DNA from: Thermoplasmata archaeon
GTDB taxonomy: Archaea > Thermoplasmatota > Thermoplasmata > Lutacidiplasmatales > UBA184
Assembly: GCA_049799275.1 (NCBI GenBank)
Contig: JBARHO010000069.1
Coordinates: forward strand, 1 to 53,953
Direction of reading: 5' to 3'
DNA: 53,953 nt
The number at the start of each line of letters is the position of its first letter. Positions within the stretch are counted from its first letter, which is position 1. The notes beneath the pieces are model-generated. The model had not been told where the DNA came from. It ran no database searches and saw only the letters and a program-made list of their open reading frames with translations. The position numbers and the translations under genes are program-made. This document shows, in pieces, positions 16,787 to 25,909 of the stretch.

Positions 16787-17394
16787 GGAGGGGGCGATCC
16801 GGCCGCATCCGGCGCGCTCGCGGCCGCCTTCGTCGACCGGTCCAGGAGCCGCTGGAACGACTCGAAGTGCTTCACGAACGGGTCCGCTCGACTGCGTTCG
16901 GCGAGCTCCCCCAGGGCGATCTCGAGCTGGGCCTTGGCCTTCACGTCCCCCGATCGGGCGCGGACCGCGTAGACACAGAGGAGCTGGTAGCTCGGGAGCA
17001 CGATCGCATCCACCCGTGGGCGGCTCATGTCACCCTTGCGCGGGCGGTAGACCTTCTCCAACGGGACCGCCTCCGCGAGCGCCCGACGGTGGGAGAACCC
17101 GAGGAACCGCTCCTGGCCCAGCACTCGGGTGACCTCACGGACCGAGCCGTTCAACGCGTTGGTCAGGCGGTCGGTCTCGTGCCAGCACCACAGCCCGAAG
17201 CCGTAGTCACCCTCGAGATAGGCCTCCCATGCCTTCGCGTACAGCTGCCGCTCCTTCTCCTCGGTCGAGAGCTCCGGTAGGATCTCCCCCCTCCAATCGG
17301 AGATCATCACGTCCACCCGCATGGTGGCGGAGAACGCCCGCTTTTCAGGCACTTTCGGTGGCTCGGCCATCGAGGCTCCGAACCCTTCCGGCAC
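16783..17394 (-). CDS. hypothetical protein, translationally coupled between amidohydrolase and truA
   Basis: The GTG start abuts the amidohydrolase stop codon (an alternative ATG is at 17370). Its stop overlaps the truA start by 4 nt. No motif recognised. Confidence 0.5.
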   Translation of the reverse strand: MPEGFGASMAEPPKVPEKRAFSATMRVDVMISDWRGEILPELSTEEKERQLYAKAWEAYLEGDYGFGLWCWHETDRLTNALNGSVREVTRVLGQERFLGFSHRRALAEAVPLEKVYRPRKGDMSRPRVDAIVLPSYQLLCVYAVRARSGDVKAKAQLEIALGELAERSRADPFVKHFESFQRLLDRSTKAAASAPDAAGSPPP

Positions 17395-18960
17395 TTATGG
17401 GTGCGTGACGACCTCGGCCTTCTCGTAGACGGCCGCTCCGGCCCGCCAGGTCGCGTCGATGGATGGGGATCCGAGGCGGATGGCCTGGACCAGGTCCGTT
17501 GCGGAGTGTACGACAAAGTCAGCGGGTGCGTCGACCTCGATCGTGCCGAGGCCGGAAGCGCCCAGCACCTCCCCGGCATTTCGAGTATAGAGCTGGAGCG
17601 CGACCTCCGGGGCGAGGGTCTCCACCCCGGCCCCTCCCTCGAGCCGGATGCGATCGGGGCCCCGGTCGATCGCGACCTGGAGCCCGGCCCACGGGTCCAA
17701 CGTCTCCACGGGGGAATCGCTCGAGCCCGCCAGACGATAGCCCCGCTGGATCAGTGTACCGAACGCGTAGGTCCAACGCGCCCGGAAAGGGCCGAGCCGC
17801 TCCGCGATCCATCCGTCGCTCGCGACGAACCCGGGTTGTACGACCAGATCCGGACGCACCGTGTCCAGGAGCGGGAACAGGTCAGGGGGCGTCAGCGAGG
17901 CGTGCTCGATCCGCGGACGGTGGTCGGGCGGGTCGTCCCGCAGGGCCTTCAATGCCGTTGAGAGCGCCCGGTCCCCGATCGCGTGGATCGCGATCGGGAG
18001 CCCCTCGCCCGCGGCCCACCTCAGGGACGCCTGCAGTGCCGGACCGTCGAGCACCGGGACCCCGCTCTCCCCGGGATCGTCGGTGTAGGGAACGGAGAGC
18101 CACGCCGTACGGGCCCCGAACGACCCGTCCATGAAGAGCTTCACGCCGGCGAGCCCGACCGAGTCCGACCACGGCAGGCGGCGCAGCTCCGCCAAGCGCG
18201 GCCGCTGGCCCACGGACAGATAGAAACGGAGCCGGACCGGAAGGGACCGGGCCTGGGCCGACCCTGTGGCCCAACGGACCTCGGGCGCCGAGGCGCTCAT
18301 CGACGCGAGCGTCGTGAGGCCCAAGCGCGAGGCCATCAGGAGGGTCGGCCCGAGCGCATGGGGTCGCTCGAAGAAGCTCTTCTGAACGAGCTCCTCGACC
18401 GGTTCGAGAGCCGTGTCGAAGAGGACCCCGGTGGGGTCCCCCGCCGGGTCGCGGCCGATCCTCCCACCCGGAGGGTCGGGCGTCCCTTTCGTAATGCGGA
18501 GCATCTCGAGGGCCGCCGAGTTGACGACCGCCACGTGATGACATACCCGGAACAGGACGATGGCGCGGCCCGGCTCGATCCGGTCCAGATCGGTCCGGTC
18601 CGGGTACCGGTGCTCTAACAGGAGCTCGTGGTCCCATCCTCGACCGATGATCGGACCGAGGGCTCGCGACCGCCCCGCGGCCGCCGTCCGGTCGAGCAGC
18701 TCCGAGAGCGATCGCACCCCGCGAAGGTCCACCCCTTCCTGTTGGAGCACCGTGTGGAAGAGGTGCATGTGCGCGTCGATCAGGCCGGGAACGACGAGCC
18801 TCCCGGCGAGATCATGACGAACGGTCCCCTGGGGGGCTTGACGAGCGACCTGCGTAGAGGTCCCGACGGCGATGACCCGGCCCTCCTCGACCAGGAAGGC
18901 CTCCGCGTAGCGGCGGCCCGTGAACACCCTGCCATCGACCCAAAGGTCGGTCGGAGCCAT
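17395..18960 (-). CDS. metal-dependent amidohydrolase (amidohydrolase_3/YtcJ-like)
   Basis: VPGLIDAHMHLFH, IAIHAIGDRA and a C-terminal GSDSPVE fit the family. Confidence 0.85.
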   Translation of the reverse strand: MAPTDLWVDGRVFTGRRYAEAFLVEEGRVIAVGTSTQVARQAPQGTVRHDLAGRLVVPGLIDAHMHLFHTVLQQEGVDLRGVRSLSELLDRTAAAGRSRALGPIIGRGWDHELLLEHRYPDRTDLDRIEPGRAIVLFRVCHHVAVVNSAALEMLRITKGTPDPPGGRIGRDPAGDPTGVLFDTALEPVEELVQKSFFERPHALGPTLLMASRLGLTTLASMSASAPEVRWATGSAQARSLPVRLRFYLSVGQRPRLAELRRLPWSDSVGLAGVKLFMDGSFGARTAWLSVPYTDDPGESGVPVLDGPALQASLRWAAGEGLPIAIHAIGDRALSTALKALRDDPPDHRPRIEHASLTPPDLFPLLDTVRPDLVVQPGFVASDGWIAERLGPFRARWTYAFGTLIQRGYRLAGSSDSPVETLDPWAGLQVAIDRGPDRIRLEGGAGVETLAPEVALQLYTRNAGEVLGASGLGTIEVDAPADFVVHSATDLVQAIRLGSPSIDATWRAGAAVYEKAEVVTHP

Positions 18961-19024
18961 GGGAGAGGCCCGAGGCCCGCCGCGACCTAAATGCTCCGAC
19001 CGGGGGGAGAGGGGACCTGGTGGC

Positions 19025-20509
19025 TCACACGTCGAGGTACCGGTAGAACTCGTAGGGATGCGGCCTCAGGTTGAGCTGCAGCTGCTCGTCCCGCTTGATC
19101 TCGTAGTAGATGTCCAGGACCGAGGACCCGAAGACCGACTTGAGGAACTCGTCGTCCGACTGAAGGCACTCCAGCGACTCGGAGAGCGAGCCAGGCAGCT
19201 CCCGGATCTGGAGCTCCCGCCGGCGCGCGGGGGAGAGCTTGTAGATGTCCGTGTCCACAGGCGGGGGAGGCTCGATCTTCCTTCGGATGCCGTCGAGGCC
19301 CGCGAGGGAGAGGGCCGCCTCGGTGAGGTAGATGTTCGCGGCCGAATCGGGGGTCCGGTACTCGACCCGCTTCGAGGCCATCTGGCCTCGGTGGTAGTAC
19401 GGGATGCGGACGTTCGCCGACCGGTTCGACCGGCTCCAGGCGATGAACACGGGCGCCTCATAGCCGGGGACGAGGCGACGGTACGAGTTCGTCGTCGGGT
19501 TGGTGATGGCGCAGAGGGCGCGCGCATGATCCAGAAGGCCGCCGACGTAGTACCGGCAGGTCTGGCTGACCTCGGCGTACGGGTCGTTCGCGTCGTAGAA
19601 CGCGTTCTGTTCCGACGACCACAGGGACTGGTTCATGTGCATCCCGATCCCGTTGTCGCCGAAGACCGGCTTCGGCATGAAGGTCGCGATCTGGCCGTGC
19701 TGCGCGGCGACGTTCTTGATCACGTACCGGATGTCCTGTACGTGGTCCGCGGCCGCGATGAGATCGTCGAACCGCATGTTGATCTCCATCTGACCCGCCG
19801 TGGCGACCTCGTGGTGGTGGGCGTCCATCTGGATGTGGAAGTTGTCGGAGAGCACGTTGCAGATCTCGCTGCGCAGCCCTTCCATCCGATCGTACGGGGC
19901 CGCGCGGTGGTACCCCTCCTTGAACCGGATGGCGCCGTGGCCGTCATGGGCCTGCCACGGGGACTCGGCGCTGTTCAGGAGATAGCCCGCGCCCCCCCAG
20001 GCGTCCCGGACGGCGTTCGCGGAGGGGAGGAGCTGGACGTTATCGAAGACGAAGAACTCGATCTCGGGGCCCCAGTAGGTGCGGTCGTATCCGGCATTGG
20101 TGAGGACCTCGACGGTCCGGCGCGCGATCCCTCGCGGATCATGGGAGTACGGTTCTCGGGAGGCGCCGACCAGGATGTCCGCGATGAACCGGACGCTCCC
20201 CCCTTGCGCGGACGCCCACGGGATCGTGGCCATCGTGGAGGGGTCGGGCACCAGGATCATGTCCGACTCGTAGATCTCGCGGAACCCTTTGACCGAGGAG
20301 CCGTCGAGCTTCGGGATCCCCGTGGCGAACGACTCCGTCGTCAGGGTCTCGGCGGGGAGGTGGAGATGGTTGAAGCCGCCCAACAGGTCCGTGTAGAAGA
20401 GTTCGACCCAGCGGACCTTGAGGCTCCGCACCTGTTCCACCGCCTGCGCCGCCTCCGATCTTCGCTCGTCCGTGGCCTGCCAACCGGTCCGCTGACCCAC
20501 CGCTGCCAT
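19025..20509 (-). CDS. glnA: glutamine synthetase type I
   Basis: VELFYTDLLGG, KPVFGDNGIGMHMNQS, NSYRRLVPGYEAP and RIPYYH...RVEYRTPDSAANIYL are canonical GS-I blocks. A GGAGG lies just upstream of the ATG. Confidence 0.95.
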   Translation of the reverse strand: MAAVGQRTGWQATDERRSEAAQAVEQVRSLKVRWVELFYTDLLGGFNHLHLPAETLTTESFATGIPKLDGSSVKGFREIYESDMILVPDPSTMATIPWASAQGGSVRFIADILVGASREPYSHDPRGIARRTVEVLTNAGYDRTYWGPEIEFFVFDNVQLLPSANAVRDAWGGAGYLLNSAESPWQAHDGHGAIRFKEGYHRAAPYDRMEGLRSEICNVLSDNFHIQMDAHHHEVATAGQMEINMRFDDLIAAADHVQDIRYVIKNVAAQHGQIATFMPKPVFGDNGIGMHMNQSLWSSEQNAFYDANDPYAEVSQTCRYYVGGLLDHARALCAITNPTTNSYRRLVPGYEAPVFIAWSRSNRSANVRIPYYHRGQMASKRVEYRTPDSAANIYLTEAALSLAGLDGIRRKIEPPPPVDTDIYKLSPARRRELQIRELPGSLSESLECLQSDDEFLKSVFGSSVLDIYYEIKRDEQLQLNLRPHPYEFYRYLDV

Positions 20510-20623
20510 CGTTCCTCCATGGACCGAGCGCCTTCGGATACATCAACCCTTAGACCACGGAACTGACCGTTCGACCATATTTGTCTGCAAACTCATTAAG
20601 TATGTCCATTCCATTGTAGGCCC
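20510..20623. promoter_or_regulatory. divergent glnA / Lrp-AsnC control region
   Basis: 114-nt gap with AT-rich boxes (CATATTTGTCTGCAAACTCATTAAGTATG). CATTAAGTAT is centred about 26 nt upstream of the regulator ATG. Confidence 0.4.
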
Positions 20624-21118
20624 ATGCCTAGGACGTCCAGCCTCGACGCCCTCGATCGGGCGATATTGGAGGAGCTCAACATCGACGCTCGTCGGAGCCA
20701 CCGGGAGATCGCGCACCGGTGCGAGGTGTCCCCGACCACCGTCAGTGCGCGGATCGCCCGTCTGGAGCGGGACGGCATCATCCGCGGCTATGTCCCGTTG
20801 CTCGACGACGAGCTGTTGGGATGGGATCTGGTGGCGACGATCGGGATCCGCATCTCCAAAGGAAAACTGCGAGAGGTCGAGGAGCGTCTCGCACGGGACG
20901 CCCGCGCGTACGCGATCTACGATGTCACCGGCGACTTCGATGCCCTGCTCATCGGTCGGTTCCGCGATCGACGGGACCTGGACCGCTTCGTGAAGCAGGT
21001 CCTCCAGGACCCCCACGTGGAACGGACGAACACCCAGGTCGTCCTGAACCGGGTGAAAGAGGACCGCCGCGTTCCGCTCACCCTACGCCCGGTGGACCGG
21101 GCGCAAGGCAACGACTAA
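20624..21118 (+). CDS. Lrp/AsnC family transcriptional regulator
   Basis: An N-terminal HTH (LDALDRAILEELNIDARRSHREIAHRCEVSPTTVSARIARLERDGII) plus a RAM/ACT-like C-terminal half (YDVTGDFDALL). Confidence 0.9.
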   Translation: MPRTSSLDALDRAILEELNIDARRSHREIAHRCEVSPTTVSARIARLERDGIIRGYVPLLDDELLGWDLVATIGIRISKGKLREVEERLARDARAYAIYDVTGDFDALLIGRFRDRRDLDRFVKQVLQDPHVERTNTQVVLNRVKEDRRVPLTLRPVDRAQGND

Positions 21119-21153
21119 AATAACCGGGTCCGTAGGTCGGCCGGGGAGCCTTC

Positions 21154-21975
21154 ATGGATTGGGGAATGCAGAACCGTCTGTCCCGGATCCTCTCGCCGCG
21201 ATCGGGGCGGACCGTCATGCTCGCGGTCGATCATGGATATTTCATGGGTCCGACGCGCCACCTCGAGGACGCTCGGGCCACGATCACCCCGCTCATCCCG
21301 CACGCCGATGCCCTTGCGCTCACGCGGGGCATCCTCCGGAACTGCGTCGCACCAGAGGCCCAGGTGCCTATCGTCCTTCGGGTCTCGGGAGGGGTCACGG
21401 TCCTCAAGGAGGATCTCAGCGACGAGGCCGTCACCACCTCGATCGACGAGGCGCTGCGGCTCAACGTCAGTGCGGTCGCCATGAGCGTGTTCGTCGGCGC
21501 TCCCCACGAGCACCAGAGCCTGGTCGCCCTGGGCGAGCTCGTGAACGGAGCGGAGCGGGCGGGCATGCCCGTGATGGCGATCACCGCCGTGGGAAAGGAG
21601 CTCGACAAGCGGGATGCGCGGTACCTGGGCCTGGCCTGCCGGGTCTCCGCGGAGCTGGGCGCCCACATGGTGAAGACCTACTATTGTGAGGGATTCGAGA
21701 AGGTCGTCGAGGCCTGCCCGGTCCCGATCGTGGTGGCGGGCGGCCCCAAGCTGGACGATGACCGGGCGGCGCTCACCCTGGCCTTCGATGCGATGGCCGC
21801 CGGGGCCAAGGGGATCGACATGGGGCGGAACATCTGGCAGTCCGATCACCCGGTCGCGATGCTGAAGGCCCTTCGGGCGATCGTGCACGACGGGGCGGAC
21901 GTGCGGGAGGCCCTGACCATCGTGTCCGAGACCAAGCCCCGTAGCGCCCGCGCCACGCGCGTGGTGCCGGCCTGA
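21154..21975 (+). CDS. class I aldolase of the DhnA/LsrF/ADH-synthase family
   Basis: LAVDHGYFMGP, the Schiff-base region HMVKTYY, VVAGGPK and IDMGRNIWQ fit the family. The specific substrate is unknown. Confidence 0.75.
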   Translation: MDWGMQNRLSRILSPRSGRTVMLAVDHGYFMGPTRHLEDARATITPLIPHADALALTRGILRNCVAPEAQVPIVLRVSGGVTVLKEDLSDEAVTTSIDEALRLNVSAVAMSVFVGAPHEHQSLVALGELVNGAERAGMPVMAITAVGKELDKRDARYLGLACRVSAELGAHMVKTYYCEGFEKVVEACPVPIVVAGGPKLDDDRAALTLAFDAMAAGAKGIDMGRNIWQSDHPVAMLKALRAIVHDGADVREALTIVSETKPRSARATRVVPA

Positions 21976-22032
21976 TCACGGGCTCACCAGGGACCGTGGC
22001 TCGAAGCCGGGTCGGGCCGAGGACGTTCGACC

Positions 22033-22782
22033 ATGGATCTTGAGGACCGTGTTGTCCTCGTTACCGGCGGATCCCGTGGGATCGGTCGCGCGATCGCCCT
22101 GGCCTGCGCCCGGGAGGGCGCGCATGTGGTGGTCGGGTATCGGCGGGATAGGACCGCCGCGTCCCGGACCTGCGCGGAGATCGAAGCGCTCGGCCGGCAG
22201 GCGCTCCACGTGGCCGCGGACGTCGCGGACCCGGATGCGGTCCGGCAGATGGTCGGTCAGGCGGGGGAATGGAGGTCGGCCCTGGACCATGTCGTCACCT
22301 CGGCCGGCACCTACGGGGGGGAGGCGACCGAGGGGACCGATCCCTCTTCGTGGAACGATATCGTGGACCCCGACCTCCGCGGCACGTTCTTTACGGTACG
22401 CGAGTCCATCGGTTGGCTGAAGCGCTCTCGCACCCCGTCGATCGTTCTCATCTCGTCGATCCTCGGATCCAAGGCGAGCGCGGGGGCGGTCCCCTACCAG
22501 GCCGCCAAGGCCGGCATCGAACAGATGGCCCGAGGCCTGGCGGTCGAGCTCGCACCCCATATCCGGGTCAGCGCCGTCGCACCGGGTTTCATCCGCACGG
22601 ACATGAACCGGGGCGGACACACCGATCCGATCTTTGCCCAACGGGTCGCTTCCGCGACCCCACTTCGGCGATGGGGAGAGCCCGAGGACGTCGCCGATGT
22701 GGTCGGTTGGCTGCTCAGCGACCGGGCCAGCTGGGTCACGGGCGCCGTGCTCGGGGTGGACGGAGGGATGGGACTGGAATGA
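22033..22782 (+). CDS. SDR-family oxidoreductase (FabG-like)
   Basis: VTGGSRGIGRAIA, the active-site YQAAKAG and a PGFIRTDM segment. Confidence 0.9.
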   Translation: MDLEDRVVLVTGGSRGIGRAIALACAREGAHVVVGYRRDRTAASRTCAEIEALGRQALHVAADVADPDAVRQMVGQAGEWRSALDHVVTSAGTYGGEATEGTDPSSWNDIVDPDLRGTFFTVRESIGWLKRSRTPSIVLISSILGSKASAGAVPYQAAKAGIEQMARGLAVELAPHIRVSAVAPGFIRTDMNRGGHTDPIFAQRVASATPLRRWGEPEDVADVVGWLLSDRASWVTGAVLGVDGGMGLE

Positions 22783-23552
22783 CCTCCGGCGAGGGCGGCG
22801 CCCCGGTCGCGTGGATCACCGGAAGCTCTCGGGGGATCGGCCGCGGGATCGCCCTCGAGCTGGCCCGGGAAGGGCTCGACGTCGCCGTCCACGCCTTCCG
22901 GTCCGCGGCCCAAGGGGAGGAGACCGTTCGACAGGTCGAGCGACTTGGTCGTCACGCCCGGCTGGTGGTCGGGGACGCCGGGGACCGGTCCGCGGTCCGA
23001 AGAATGACCGAGGAGGTCCTCGCGTTCCAAGGGCGACTGGATGTGGTCGTCGCCAACGGTGGGATCGCCGGCCCCTATGGGAAGGAGGAGGAGACGGAAC
23101 CGAGCTGGTCCGAGACCTTGCGGACGAATGCGCTCTCGATGCTCTGGCTGGCCCGGGAGACCCGGGATGCGCTCGCCGCACGACGGGGGTCACTGACCGC
23201 GGTCGCATCCATCGCTGGTCTCCGTACGAACCCGGAGGGTATTCCCTACGGAAGTTCGAAGGCGGTCGTCCTGTGGATGGTACGTTCCTTGGCCCTCCAG
23301 CTCGCCCCCGAGATCCGGGTCAACGCCGTGGCCCCGGGCTGGGTCGAGACCGACATGAGCTCGGAGGTGTGGGGTGACCCGGGATCAAGGGCGGAGGTCG
23401 AGCGCGGGACCCCGCTCGGCCGATGGGGACGTCCGGAGGATGTCGGTCGGGCCGTTGCCTTCTTGGCATCGGATCGAGCTCGCTTCGTGACCGGCCAGTC
23501 GTTGGTCGTCGACGGCGGAGCGAGCTTGATCTGGAGCCTGGCCCACGAGTAG
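22779..23552 (+). CDS. SDR-family oxidoreductase, second tandem copy
   Basis: Internal ATG of ORF 22269..23552, forming an ATGA overlap with the preceding stop. Contains ITGSSRGIGRGIA, YGSSKAV and PGWVETDM. Confidence 0.9.
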   Translation: MTSGEGGAPVAWITGSSRGIGRGIALELAREGLDVAVHAFRSAAQGEETVRQVERLGRHARLVVGDAGDRSAVRRMTEEVLAFQGRLDVVVANGGIAGPYGKEEETEPSWSETLRTNALSMLWLARETRDALAARRGSLTAVASIAGLRTNPEGIPYGSSKAVVLWMVRSLALQLAPEIRVNAVAPGWVETDMSSEVWGDPGSRAEVERGTPLGRWGRPEDVGRAVAFLASDRARFVTGQSLVVDGGASLIWSLAHE

Positions 23553-23697
23553 CGGCCTCTCCGGCCGGGGATCCGGTACGGACCCTCCGATGGATCGGTC
23601 CGAGGGCCAGGACGACCGGGGAGGATCCCGGCCCGTGGATCGAGGGTCCGCCCGGCCCAGTTCTATCGATGGGGCGGGGACACCCGTCCCAGCGAGC

Positions 23698-25359
23698 TCA
23701 TTCCGTGAACTTCCGCATCTCGGCATTGAACGGCCCAGCCCCGAACGGGCGCCCGGTGAGCTCCCGCAGACGGGTCCACCAATCGAACGACGTACCGTCG
23801 CGGAACCAGTGGCGAACGAGCCAAGGTCCGACGCGGGCGTTCGGCCAGAGCTCACCACCGACCTCCTCCCGGAGCGCCGCGTTGAGCGCGGGGCGGAGCA
23901 GTTCGGCGTAGACGTAGCTCGGCGAATAGAGCGGTGCCTCCACCACGAAGGAGTTCGCGAACGGGGGTCCACGGTACCGGTCGTATCCGAAGAGCCGGCG
24001 CGCGAAGCGGACGCCCGATTCCACCGGGTCCCGGTCCGGATGCAGGTAGAGCGTCAGTTCCTGCTGGACCCAGCCGGCCAACCAGGCCAGGGTCTGGAGC
24101 GGAGCGCGTCGTTCGTTCTCGATCGCGGCTTCGCGATGCTCTGAAGGCAGTCCGGGCCGTTCGCGGAGCCAACGCTCGGACGAAGCGATCTGCTCGAAGA
24201 ACCGGCCTTCGCCTTCCGCGAGCCCCGCAAATCCGGGGATGCCCTCGTGCCACCGGAGCAGGTGGGAGGTCGGTTGCCGGATCGATCGGGACGACAAGGC
24301 GTGACCGACCTCGTGGAAGAGGACGCGGTACTGGGACCAACCGCCGGCGGGCTGGATGACGACGCGGACGTCCTTCGGCGGGTCCGGCGCGAGGCAGAGA
24401 CCTCCCACCGCGAGATCGTGCCGATCGACGCGGAAGTGGAAAGCGCTGGGCGGGAACCCCCATCTTCGGATCCCGGCGACGATGGCGGGGAACATCGTTC
24501 CTCCGGGGAACGCGGTATCGGGGAGCCGGCGTTCCTGCTCCTCGGCGAACCGAAGGTCCCAGGGGTACCATCCCCGTTCATGGGTCCGGTCCTCGAACTG
24601 TTCTCTCCTTCGGCGCATCTCCCGCGGGACGAACCGAAGGGCGTCCTCCATCAGCACTTCGAGCCGGGGGACCGTGAACCCCTCCATGGAGAGCCGGTAC
24701 TCCGGGAAGGACCGATACCCGAGCTCGCGCGCGCGGTCGTTCCGGGCCGCCACCAGGGAGACCAGGTCCGCTTCGATCGGTCGGTACAAGGGTTCCTCGG
24801 CATAGAAGGCCCGTTCCCGCTCCCTCCGGTCCTCGGAGGTCCGTAGTGCCGCCCGTACGATGGCCCGACCGGTCCGACGGCCGTGCCACCGGGGCCGGTA
24901 TCCAGCGATCGCTCGCTGGAGACGGGCTCGACGTTGGACGATCTCCGCCGTTTGCTCGATCTGGGATTCCAGGACCGCTCGAGCGGCCAGCTCGAGGCGC
25001 CGCTGCAGAGGACCAGGTGGGCACCCCTCCCGGAGCTGACGGATCCGCTCCAGCGTTCCGGGAAAGGAAAGGAGCCGGTGCCGGCGGGTCTGATCGGTCG
25101 CCGAGCCTCGCATCGACCGGCCGGTGACGAGTTTCCACTCCGCCAGGAGGATGTGGCGATCGAGCGGCGCGAGCCTTCGCTCGAGGTCGTCGATGAACCG
25201 ACGAGCCTCGGTACGGCTCGCCCGACCCGTGGTCACGACCGTCCCCGAGACCGAACGACCGTTTATCCCTACAGGATCCGAGCACTGACCTGGGACGGGG
25301 ACCCGGTCATCCGTTCCGGGACCCGGGAGCTTCTGCTCCGCCTCGCCCTTTCTCGGCAT
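23698..25359 (-). CDS. HEXXH zinc metallopeptidase (M3/M2-like oligopeptidase)
   Basis: FHEVGHAL zinc motif in an ~550-aa all-helical protein. I chose an internal start because the maximal ORF (to 25452) would run through the tRNA-Leu gene and its promoter. The exact start is uncertain. Confidence 0.7.
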   Translation of the reverse strand: MPRKGEAEQKLPGPGTDDRVPVPGQCSDPVGINGRSVSGTVVTTGRASRTEARRFIDDLERRLAPLDRHILLAEWKLVTGRSMRGSATDQTRRHRLLSFPGTLERIRQLREGCPPGPLQRRLELAARAVLESQIEQTAEIVQRRARLQRAIAGYRPRWHGRRTGRAIVRAALRTSEDRRERERAFYAEEPLYRPIEADLVSLVAARNDRARELGYRSFPEYRLSMEGFTVPRLEVLMEDALRFVPREMRRRREQFEDRTHERGWYPWDLRFAEEQERRLPDTAFPGGTMFPAIVAGIRRWGFPPSAFHFRVDRHDLAVGGLCLAPDPPKDVRVVIQPAGGWSQYRVLFHEVGHALSSRSIRQPTSHLLRWHEGIPGFAGLAEGEGRFFEQIASSERWLRERPGLPSEHREAAIENERRAPLQTLAWLAGWVQQELTLYLHPDRDPVESGVRFARRLFGYDRYRGPPFANSFVVEAPLYSPSYVYAELLRPALNAALREEVGGELWPNARVGPWLVRHWFRDGTSFDWWTRLRELTGRPFGAGPFNAEMRKFTE

Positions 25360-25386
25360 CTCCAGAACCGCACGTTCGGGGTCGAG

Positions 25387-25409
25387 AATCCGAATGTTGA
25401 TATCGGATT
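25387..25409 (+). promoter_or_regulatory. candidate tRNA-Leu promoter (AT-rich box inside a 7-bp inverted repeat)
   Basis: AATCCGA-ATGTTGATA-TCGGATT. The TTGATAT box is centred about 30 nt upstream of tRNA position 1. Confidence 0.35.
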
Positions 25410-25428
25410 GCGAGTACAATGCGAACGC

Positions 25429-25513
25429 GCGGGGATCGCCCAGCTTGGTCAAAGGCGCCAGATTCAGGGTCTGGTCTCGTAGGAGTTCGTGGGTTCAAAT
25501 CCCTCTCCCCGCA
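25429..25513 (+). tRNA. tRNA-Leu (anticodon CAG), no encoded CCA
   Basis: Hand-folded. Acceptor stem GCGGGGA/TCCCCGC; perfect anticodon stem CCAGA/TCTGG with loop TT-CAG-GG; long variable arm (CTC-GTAG-GAG); T-arm GTGGG-TTCAAAT-CCCTC with one U-U mismatch; discriminator A. Confidence 0.85.
25492..25513 (+). repeat. direct repeat copy 1 (3' end of tRNA-Leu; attL-like)
   Basis: GGTTCAAATCCCTCTCCCCGCA is identical to 29682..29703. Confidence 0.9.
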
Positions 25514-25558
25514 TTTCCAATACTTGAACCCATGCAGGGTTCGAATCCCAGACCCGCA
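25514..25558 (+). repeat. junction module: hairpin plus degenerate third copy of the tRNA 3' end
   Basis: TTTCCAATACTTGAACCC-ATGCA-GGGTTCGAATCCCAGACCCGCA. By my alignment, 25538..25558 matches the 22-nt repeat at 17 positions with one gap. The layout parallels 29656..29703. Confidence 0.5.
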
Positions 25559-25681
25559 CCGGGGGCGGGCGATCCCTCGGCCGCTCGTCTCAAGCCCCCG
25601 TGTCTCGGCGCATTGTCCGATGGCCCGCGGTCTCCATGTCGCCGCGAAACCTATTAGGCCTATTGGAGTAATAGCAGTGCA

Positions 25682-25909
25682 ATGGCCGCCGTGAATGAGC
25701 GCATGACATCCATCACCCTTCCGCACAACGTGCGCAATCGATTGCGCGACTACCAAGTCGGAGGGAAGAGTGCGGCTCAAGCCATTGAGGACTTGATGGA
25801 TGAGATTCCCCCCGATTACTTTCGCCGTGACGTCCAACGCGCGTTGCTCCTTCCTCGGGAGTCGTTGGAGAGCTTCCGTAGGAGACATCGACTCTCGCAG
25901 TCACGCTGA
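25682..25909 (+). CDS. ribbon-helix-helix antitoxin (RelB/CopG-like)
   Basis: MTSITLPHNVRNRLRDY fits an RHH beta-strand plus helix. Its stop codon is immediately followed by the toxin ATG (TGAATG). An alternative start is at 25703. Confidence 0.65.
   Translation: MAAVNERMTSITLPHNVRNRLRDYQVGGKSAAQAIEDLMDEIPPDYFRRDVQRALLLPRESLESFRRRHRLSQSR

Noticed and set aside
25307-25888. 193-aa minus-strand ORF spanning the tRNA-Leu gene and the antitoxin gene
   Set aside because: It runs antisense through a tRNA and a TA operon, has a low-complexity composition and shows no motif. I judge it spurious.
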